This document shows positions 1 to 6,985 of a stretch of 7,469 nt of DNA, in pieces; within the stretch, counting starts at the first letter, position 1; the number at the start of each line of letters is the position of its first letter. Source of the DNA: Octopus sinensis (taxonomy: Eukaryota); the NCBI RefSeq assembly GCF_006345805.1, contig NW_021828826.1:1-7469 (forward strand), in the 5' to 3' direction. The translations under genes were made by a program, and so were the position numbers. The notes below the pieces were generated by a model. It ran no database searches and had not been told where the DNA came from. It saw only the letters and a program-made list of their open reading frames with translations.

Positions 1-107
1 TCATCTTTTTTGTTGTTAACACAACATTTCGTTCTGATATACCCCTCCAGCTTCATCAGGTGTCTTGGTTAAATTTCGAACCTGGGTTTTCATTCCTAAG
101 GTATGTT
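1..107 (-). mobile_element. Probable Penelope-like element terminal (pLTR) fragment, may continue past the window start
   Basis: Minus strand reads ...ccaagacac-CTGATGA-agctggaggggtatatcagaac-GAAA-tgtt-gtgttaac. This minimal type I hammerhead layout is typical of Penelope-like element termini. Family assignment is from recalled similarity; the 107 boundary is approximate. Confidence 0.5.
18..64 (-). ncRNA. Degenerate minimal type I hammerhead ribozyme motif
   Basis: Minus strand: stem I 5' gacac (60-64), core CTGATGA (53-59), extra A, stem II g-ctg/cag-aa-c, GAAA (27-30), tgTT (23-26; NUH triplet GUU), stem I 3' gtgtt (18-22). Stem II is bulged, and stem III is AATGTT rather than the palindromic AACGTT. 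Confidence 0.55.
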
Positions 108-118
108 TTGATGGGGTT

Positions 119-258
119 ACGGTATCTAGGACTGTAAAAATCTGCAAGACGTTCTTAAGATTTAAAGGATGATGGTCAAAACAAGATATGTTCCTTCACA
201 ATCCCGTTACCAAGAAGATGGCCGGTCAAAATTTACTCTAAATTAAAAATGAAAAAGG
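119..258 (+). mobile_element. Extreme 3' end of an RLE-type (R4/Dong-like) non-LTR retrotransposon, 5'-truncated
   Basis: 119-172 translates TVSRTVKICKTFLRFKG*, matching TITGTVNICK/TFQNF at 1697-1743. It is followed by a short 3' UTR and an (ACAT)n tract. Confidence 0.6.
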
Positions 259-294
259 ACATACATACATACATACATACATACATTCATACAT
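259..294. repeat. (ACAT)n microsatellite
   Basis: Nine ACAT units with one variant (TCAT). Confidence 0.97.
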
Positions 295-616
295 GGAGGC
301 GCAATGGCCCAGTGGTTAGGGCAGCGAACTCACGGTCGTAGGATCGCGGTTTTGATTCCCAGACCGGACATTGTGAATATTTATTGAGTGAAAACACCTA
401 AAGCTCCACGAGGCTCCGGCAGGGTTGGTGGCGATCCCTGCTGTAGTCTTTCACCGCAACTTTCTCTCACTCTTTCTTCTGTTGACCTGCTCGCTTAGCC
501 AGCAGGGTGGCGTCATTTGAAAGGCTAAAAATTAAAAAAAACAATGCAAAGCGCACTGTGACCAGCGATGTGTAACAACATCCATGGCCTGCTCGGTCAC
601 GTGATCACGTGATCAC
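295..616 (+). mobile_element. tRNA-derived SINE, near full length
   Basis: A box TGGCCCAGTGG (305-315) and B-box-like GGTTTTGATTCCC (348-360). Hairpin gcaggg/ccctgc (419-441). 3' tail of tandem TCACGTGA (597-616). ACAT-like sequence flanks both sides. Confidence 0.85.
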
Positions 617-751
617 ATTCACACATACGCATACACATACATTTATACGAATGCATATATATATCTATTCCATATGTTAACAAGCAATCAGTAGAGCAAC
701 TACTTGATTCATAAATATCTTATAGAAAAGGGGTCAATATTATGGAAAACA

Positions 752-964
752 TTTAAACAATAGAGCGATTTAAATATGTGTATAGCGACGGAATCAAAAT
801 ATTCCGTCGAGCAAACAATACGATCAATATCGTGAGACATTTACTGATATATTTAATAACGTTTCTTAGACATGGTATTAGGCATAATGATATAGAATAC
901 GCTGTTTCCTCTGTATATTTAAGTCTATAAATATACACATATTTAAATAGCCCTCTTGTTTAAA
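752..964. repeat. Fold-back / MITE-like inverted repeat with 33-bp arms
   Basis: 752-784 is the reverse complement of 932-964 at 30/33 positions, including a perfect 17 bp (768-784 / 932-948). Internal hairpins at 786-809 (9-bp stem) and 820-833 (5-bp stem). Confidence 0.7.
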
Positions 965-1204
965 ATACTTGTCATTTCATGAGACTTTTATGTCTCAAAT
1001 AGCGGCAACATTATATCATTATGAGATTGAACTGGAGTGTTTATCAGCCAATTCACTTTGGTATTAGAGCGCTATAAAATGTCAATATTTAACAGTTACT
1101 GATGCGAGAGATTTAGTATGTTTGAATAAACTTAATTTCCGTCGTTTCAATTTATCACAGAACCTTAATTCGTTTCATCTCTCGCCACTAGATCTGCGTT
1201 AACC

Positions 1205-1275
1205 GAAATGGCTCAGTGGTTAAGAAGTGGCACTCGCGATCGAGCGCGACATCGACGTTTCGATTCTAGGACTGG
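1205..1275 (+). mobile_element. Diverged tRNA-like / SINE head with Pol III A and B boxes
   Basis: A box TGGCTCAGTGG (1209-1219) and B-box-like GTTTCGATTCT (1257-1267). It aligns loosely with the head of the SINE at 295-375. Confidence 0.5.
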
Positions 1276-1557
1276 ACAGTGCTTTCAGGATCTGTTCTTG
1301 AAGCGATCACTGCGAGAGTTGACGTAGGGGACATTGCGCACTTTTAGGGGTAACGTCGATTTGATGATGGAAGTGGGCAACGCAAACACTGATCGATATA
1401 ATCGAATCATCTGCGCTGTTCTCCAGCAAGAAACGGCGGAAAACTCGCCTGCCGTTGACGCCAGAAGTAACTCTAAGTTACTTCCTTGCCGAATATATAT
1501 GATACGATATTCAATGGCATTTTGGATCGATGTTAAGCCTCTGCCGCCTTGTTTAAT

Positions 1558-1749
1558 CTAGATTACAAGTTCATGCTTATACCTATAAATAATAGGGGCC
1601 CTGGGATATGTAACACACTGCCTAAATACCAATCTTGAGAAAATAGGCTTCCCAAAACCAGAGAGAAGAAAACTGATTCGAAGACTACAGATCCAAACCA
1701 TCACTGGAACTGTAAATATCTGTAAAAAACTTTCCAGAACTTTATCGTT
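1558..1749 (+). pseudogene. C-terminal remnant of a restriction-like endonuclease domain ORF with two frameshifts
   Basis: LDYKFMLIPI/(extra base ~1588)IIGALGYVTHCLNTNLEKIGFPKPERRKLIRRLQIQTITGTVNICK/(A-run shift ~1727)TFQNFIV. The PIIIGALG...L..Q....GT..I.K pattern is typical of RLE non-LTR C-termini. It is absent from the ORF track because of the frameshifts. Confidence 0.75.
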
Positions 1750-1950
1750 TATGTATATATAGGCATGTCATGACAGGCAACTATATGCTTGAGAATACAT
1801 ACATAAATTTGAGTATACAAATCTGTATATATACATATATACAAAAAGACCCTGTTGATGTTGAAATTCCAATGAAAGAGCCTTGGATCTAGGTTAGAAA
1901 CCAGGTCTTTCTTTATAGGCAAGAAATCTTGAAATAAAACTGAATAATGA
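1558..1950 (+). mobile_element. 3' fragment of an RLE-type (R4/Dong/NeSL-like) LINE, 5'-truncated, with 3' UTR
   Basis: Decayed ORF end (see pseudogene entry), then about 200 nt of UTR with AATAAA at 1933-1938, ending directly in an (ACAT)n tract. Confidence 0.8.
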
Positions 1951-2017
1951 CATATGTACATACATAAATACATATATACATGCCTGCATACATACATACA
2001 TACATACATACATACAT
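1951..2017. repeat. (ACAT)n-rich microsatellite between two convergent elements
   Basis: Imperfect, then perfect, ACAT units. Confidence 0.93.
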
Positions 2018-2562
2018 GGTGGCTGCCCCCTCGTTATCGAGTATGGCCATTGTACGAAGCTTAATCAATGTTGTCATCGTGCAATGCCTGTGCAAGAAGA
2101 TTTTTTTTAAAGTGAGAGAAAGGCTGTGCACTGAGTCAATCCACTCACTAAGCAACAGCAGCCATAATCCGAAAAGAAGAACAAGTCAACATCATCGGTA
2201 ACCACTGAGCCGCGGGTTTATGTCGGAGTTATCCCAGTTACCTGAGTTACCTTCTCCTAGAAGGATGCCCTAACAAAGGCTAGGAGTCCTTCACTTCAAT
2301 GGTTTAACCGCGCGATCGGGTATCATTCCGATATCTTTCTATATCCCCGCGCATGATACAGCCTTAAACATTTATTGGTGGCCGTGACTCTCAAGAGTTC
2401 CTCCGCCCTTTGTCGGGTTTTGTTTTTCATCCCGCAGGGTATCCAATAAACACCCTCCTCACCAAGCAAGCTTGGTGGGGTTGCCGGTTTAGTCACCGAC
2501 GACCCGACGATGCAACAGGTTGTACTGGGTTACATGTTACCAGTAGCACTCGAAAGTGACCT

Positions 2563-2563
<1 letters not shown>
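2018..2563 (-). mobile_element. Probable RTE-related non-autonomous retroelement (RTE 5' UTR + 3' end, no ORF)
   Basis: Plus-strand segments gccccctcgttatcgag...aaagtgagagaaaggctgtgcactgagtcaatccactcac and ccttctcctagaaggatgccctaacaaaggctagga resemble, from recall, reverse-complemented RTE-clade 3'-end and UTR motifs. GC-rich with sharp microsatellite boundaries and an 8-bp hairpin at 2460-2477. Confidence 0.55.
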
Positions 2564-2639
<76 letters not shown>

Positions 2640-2697
2640 ACATACATACATACATCATACATACATGCATACATACATACATACATACAGACATACA
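2564..2697. repeat. Compound (CA)n/(CATA)n microsatellite
   Basis: Direct reading. Confidence 0.97.
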
Positions 2698-2713
2698 GGC
2701 ATGCATACGTGTG

Positions 2714-3035
2714 AAGGCGCGTGGCTTAGTGGTTAGGACATTCGGCTCATGATTGTAAGGTCGTGAGTTCAATTGCCGGCGACGTGTTGTGTCCTTCAGC
2801 AAGACACTTCATTTCACGCTGCCCCAGTCCACTAAGCTGGCAAAAATGAGATGCACCTGTATTTCAAAGGGCGGCCATGTCACACTTTGTGTCTCGCTGA
2901 ATCTCCCTGAGAACTACGTTAAGGGTCCACGTGTCCGTGGATTGTTCAGTCACTTGCACACTAATTTCACGAGCAAGCTGTTCCCGTTGATGGTATCAGC
3001 TGGGACGCTCGTCGTCGTAACCGACGGAGTGCTCC
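2714..3035 (+). mobile_element. tRNA-derived SINE with CORE-like central domain
   Basis: A box TGGCTTAGTGG (2722-2732) and B-box-like GAGTTCAATTGCC (2765-2777). The segment gtgtccttcagcaagacactt...cagtccactaagctggcaaaaatgag resembles the CORE-SINE domain. Ends at a (TA)n tract. Confidence 0.85.
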
Positions 3036-3053
3036 TATATATATATATATATA
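3036..3053. repeat. (TA)n microsatellite at SINE 3' end
   Basis: Direct reading. Confidence 0.95.
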
Positions 3054-3331
3054 CGTACGAAAATACAAACGCTCAGAGAAATGCAATTAATGTCTGAAAA
3101 GAGACTAAGGAGGATCTGTTTGTAAACGTGCAATAATTTATGGTAAATGCCAAGAAACACCGTGGCAAGAATAGTGCCATCGGACTTAGAGACTGCGATA
3201 TTGTTTTAATTCTACTCATTGTTATTTTATGCACACCCAGTGTCCTACCATCTTTCCCAGTCCCTCTGTCTTTCTTCCAATTCTTTACCCTTTATATGTA
3301 CACACGCATACATGTGTGTGTATAAAAGGAG

Positions 3332-3363
<32 letters not shown>

Positions 3364-3434
3364 TATATATATACATACATATATACATATATATACATAT
3401 ACATACATATATATATATACATACACATATATAT

Positions 3435-3467
<33 letters not shown>

Positions 3468-3525
3468 TACATACATATATATATATATATATACATACAT
3501 TTATATATACATATACATACATACA

Positions 3526-3561
<36 letters not shown>

Positions 3562-3594
3562 CATATATATACATACATACATATATATATATAC

Positions 3595-3632
<38 letters not shown>

Positions 3633-3745
3633 GCATATATATACATATATATACATATATATACATATATATATATATGTATATATATACATATATATAC
3701 ATATATATATATATATATGTGTGTTGTGTGTGTGTGTGTGTGTGT
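3332..3745. repeat. Long compound (TA)n/(CATA)n tract ending in (TG)n
   Basis: About 410 bp of almost continuous purine-pyrimidine alternation; source of the Y/I/H/T-rich spurious ORFs. Confidence 0.98.
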
Positions 3746-3905
3746 AGGGGAGTGTGCGTGTGTACGTGTGTGATGGCGTGTCTCTCCATGAACGTGTGTG
3801 CATGTATTATAATAGCTAAAGGTCAGTAACATTATCCGCATGTTAATATACATGGGGTATATATCCTATGTATGTTCATACAACAGGCGCGGTTATATGA
3901 ATATC

Positions 3906-3913
3906 TGTATGTA

Positions 3914-3950
<37 letters not shown>

Positions 3951-3978
3951 TATATCGTTATATATATATATATATATA

Positions 3979-4030
<52 letters not shown>
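3906..4030. repeat. Interrupted (TA)n microsatellite
   Basis: Direct reading. Confidence 0.95.
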
Positions 4031-4031
<1 letters not shown>

Positions 4032-4315
4032 GAACATGTGTGTATGTGTTGGTGGGTGGGTGTGGGTGGAGAGATTCAATTTTTGCATATAGTATTTATT
4101 TATAATCTCTCTCCCCGTATATCAGTTAATGAAAAATAAACAGTATCCGAATCATGTTATATATAATATAACAGATCCATGAATTAATCAACTGTCAAAC
4201 CCACAAGCAGACCCACGCGGGCGCACACACAGGCCCGTCCGCACAAACAGAGACAAGCACACACATTGATATACACTTTCAAACACACACGTACAAACAT
4301 CCATAAATAGAATTT

Positions 4316-4484
4316 TATATATGCAGTTTATATAATATATATATATATATAGATATATATTACATGCAACATAGATATTTCAACTTATAAATTGTGTGTG
4401 TATATACATATATATATATATATATATATACGCACAGACATAAACACACGTGAATGGATTTTTATATGTGCGTGTATATATATA
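4316..4484. repeat. Interrupted (TA)n/(TG)/(CA) low-complexity region
   Basis: Direct reading; boundaries approximate. Confidence 0.85.
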
Positions 4485-4743
4485 CTCTTTGTACTGTCTT
4501 TTACTTGTTTCAGTCATTTGACTGCGGACATTCTGGAGCACCGCCTTTAGTCGAGCAAATCGACCCCAAGACTTATTCTTTGGAAGCCTAGTACTTATTC
4601 TATCGGTCTTCTTTTGCCGAACCGCTAAGTTACGGTGACGTGAACACACCAACACCGGTTGTCCAGCGATGTTGGGGGACAAACAAAAATACACAAACAT
4701 ATACACACACATACATACATACATACATATATACATATATACG
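4485..4743 (-). mobile_element. Headless (5'-truncated) copy of the SINE family at 5155-5559
   Basis: Diverged direct repeat of ~5168-5401 (tttacttgtttcagtcatttgactgcgg...gccgaaccgctaagttacgg...gcgatgttggggg...atatacga). Similarity stops right after the internal CA/ACAT tract, so the tRNA head is missing. Confidence 0.9.
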
Positions 4744-5003
4744 ATTTTAATTTCAATGTCGGAGAGTAAATAAATGTAAGAGTGTGAGAGAATATAAAGA
4801 GAAGGTAAACGATATAAAAGTTTTGATGCTCTATGATATACACTGTCCCGGTACATGGTTTTAAGTTAATTTTCTCAAGTTTCTGAAGCGAAATTATTTC
4901 ACTTCCTTACTTTTCTATACAAATATTCTTTAAGAATTCGTTTTTTAATATATTCTTACATTTAAACATGGTTTAGTAAAAGAAAACATATTCTGCTAGT
5001 CAA

Positions 5004-5151
5004 AAGCGAATGAACGTTGCCTCCCATGCACTCCTGAAAGATAAGAAACTTGAACCAGACGTACTGAATTATCGGTGATTATATAATCAAAGCATAATCG
5101 ATACATTTCTTATCTTTCACCCAAGAGTAGATATTTATTATTGACAATAAA
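5004..5151. repeat. Copy A of an unexplained 148-bp dispersed duplication
   Basis: Gapless alignment to 5843-5990, 102/148 identical by hand count. Perfect 14-bp palindrome TGATTATATAATCA at 5076-5089. Confidence 0.85.
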
Positions 5152-5154
5152 TCT

Positions 5155-5559
5155 CTTTCTCTCTTTCTCATTTACTTGTTTCAGTCATTTGACTGCGGCA
5201 ATGCTGGAGCACTGCCTTTACAGTCGAGCAGATCGACCCCAGAGCTTATTCTTTGTAAGTCTAATCCTTATGCTATCGTTCTGTTTTGCCGAACCGCTAA
5301 GTTACGGGGACGTAAACACACCAGCATCGGTTGTCAAGCGATGTTGGGGGAACAAACACAGACACACAAACATATACACACACACACATACAAATATACG
5401 ATGGCTTCTTTCAGTTTCCGTCAACCAAATCTACTCACAAGGCTTTGATCGGCCTGAGGCTATAGCAGAAGACACTTGCCCAAGGTGCCACGCAGTCAGC
5501 CTGAACTCGGGACCATGTGGTTGGTAAGCAAGCTACTTACCACATAGCCACTCCTGCGC
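5155..5559 (-). mobile_element. Near full-length tRNA-derived SINE with internal microsatellite
   Basis: Minus-strand A box TGGCTATGTGG (5540-5550), degenerate B box GAGTTCAGGCT (5498-5508), CORE-like ggcaccttgggcaagtgtcttc (5468-5489), internal (CA)n (~5352-5392) and a CT-rich (plus-strand) tail at ~5155-5175. Confidence 0.9.
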
Positions 5560-5753
5560 GGCGAGCTGGCAGAAACGTTAGCCGCTAAATTCTGAGTTCA
5601 AATTCCGCCGAGGTCGACTTTGCCTTTCATCCTTTCGGGATCGATTAAATAAGTACCAGTAAATCACTGGGGTCGATATAATCGACTTAATCCCCTTGTC
5701 TGTCCTTGTTTGTCCCCTCTATGTTTAGCCCCCTGTGGGCAATAAAGAAATAA
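5558..5753 (+). mobile_element. tRNA-derived SINE, probably internally deleted, fused head-to-head with the preceding SINE
   Basis: A-box-like TGGCAGAAACG (5567-5577), B-box-like GAGTTCAAATTCC (5594-5606), central gaggtcgactttgcctttcatcctttcgggatcgattaaataagtaccag domain, and A-rich end aataaagaaataa (5741-5753). Confidence 0.85.
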
Positions 5754-5842
5754 ATATATAATTCATACGGGGAAATAAAAGTCATTCCACATATTTAAAC
5801 ATGTCTCAATAAAGTAAAAACCGTTTAGATTATATTAGCTTA

Positions 5843-5990
5843 AAGGAAATAAACGTTGTATTCACTGCTTCGGTGAGAGATACGAGTCTCGAACCAACCG
5901 TGTGCATGTATCAGTGATTATATAATCCAAGCAAAATCTTGCCATTTCTCGGCTTTATGCCAAAAGAACAAATTGTTTATTGGCAATAAA
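5843..5990. repeat. Copy B of an unexplained 148-bp dispersed duplication
   Basis: Gapless partner of 5004-5151. Palindromes GATTATATAATC (5916-5927) and TTTATTG-G-CAATAAA (5976-5990). Confidence 0.85.
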
Positions 5991-6250
5991 CGGATAGTTA
6001 TATGAGTAAATAAAAATGGTTTATATAATGGTAGAAAGGTTTCTATGCTTCTATAATTTTTAATAAGGCGAACAATATTGTCAAGGACAATAAAGGTGAG
6101 AAAGTAACCATCAATGGGATTTAGAGTAAGCATAAATCAAAAATATTCATGAGTTTATTGAAGAGGAGATTGCAGCTAATGGTTATATTGAATAGGATTT
6201 GTATGTACGCATGCGTGTGCTTATGTTTCTGCTTACAGAGATAATAATTC

Positions 6251-6351
6251 TCTATCTATCTATACATCTATCTATCTGTATATCTGTATATCTATAATCT
6301 ATTAATCTACTAACTATCTATCTATCTTCTATCTCTATCTATCATCTAATC

Positions 6352-6417
<66 letters not shown>

Positions 6418-6488
6418 AATCCATCTATCTATCAATCCATCTATCCATCGATCTATGTATCTGTATGTCTGTCTATATATCTGTAGAT
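6251..6488. repeat. (TCTA)n/(ATCT)n microsatellite, degenerate at the edges
   Basis: Direct reading. Confidence 0.95.
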
Positions 6489-6664
6489 CTACTTCTCCCC
6501 CTCTCTCTCTCTTAATGAGTGTATATAAACATGTATTTGTATATGAAATAAACCGTTAGAAAAGTTATAGAGAGGTTTTGAAATATTTATAAACACATAC
6601 ATATGTATAAATATATGTACGTATGTGTATGTATGTGTGTATGTATATATACATATATATATAA

Positions 6665-6694
6665 GATGATGATGACGACTACGACAATGATGAT
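6665..6694. repeat. Imperfect (GAT/GAC)n trinucleotide repeat
   Basis: gatgatgatgacgactacgacaatgatgat. Confidence 0.85.
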
Positions 6695-6735
6695 TCCACT
6701 TAGCCATAAAATCCCTTATTCCTTCCTCACTCATG

Positions 6736-6741
6736 CTATCC

Positions 6742-6787
<46 letters not shown>

Positions 6788-6838
6788 ATATCTATATATA
6801 TATATATATTATAATATATATATATATATATGTCTGTG

Positions 6839-6872
<34 letters not shown>

Positions 6873-6911
6873 TCGATGTCTCTGTCTCTCTATGAATATA
6901 TATGCATACAC

Positions 6912-6954
<43 letters not shown>

Positions 6955-6985
6955 CACACACACAGACACACACATACATACATAT
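6736..6985. repeat. Compound (TATC)n-(TA)n-(TGTC)n-(CA)n microsatellite
   Basis: Direct reading. Confidence 0.96.

Noticed and set aside
295-370. tRNA gene calls at the SINE heads (also 1205, 2714, 5559)
   Set aside because: A/B boxes are present but there is no complete cloverleaf or acceptor stem, and each continues into SINE body sequence.
1104-1185. 9-bp inverted repeat gcgagagat/atctctcgc as a pre-miRNA-like hairpin
   Set aside because: The interior does not pair.
1749-3097. ORFs overlapping the LINE UTR, RTE-like element and SINE
   Set aside because: They cross microsatellites and non-coding retroelement sequence. The only coding remnant (1558-1749) is a frameshifted pseudogene not in the track.
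3219-4139. Long ORFs of 71-202 aa on both strands (Y/I/H/T/M/V/C-rich)
   Set aside because: Translations of TA/CATA/TG repeats, which lack stop codons; no real protein signal.
5004-5151. H/ACA or C/D snoRNA call for the duplicated unit
   Set aside because: ACA is present in only one copy on either strand (GCA in the other), the main stems do not covary, and there is no conserved CUGA D box. Left as an open hypothesis.
5141-5527. 128-aa and 90-aa ORFs
   Set aside because: They lie entirely within the antisense strand of a SINE.
6065-6138. Possible third, very decayed copy of the 148-bp unit (aaggcgaacaatattgt...ggtgaga...aagcataaatc)
   Set aside because: Only patchy matches needing gaps in AT-rich DNA; not distinguishable from chance by eye.
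6062-6195. Protein-looking snippets NKANNIVKDNKGEKVTINGI* and IKNIHEFIEEEIAANGYIE*
   Set aside because: Different frames, separated by stops, short, and matching no motif I recognise. A tblastn/blastx hit would be needed.
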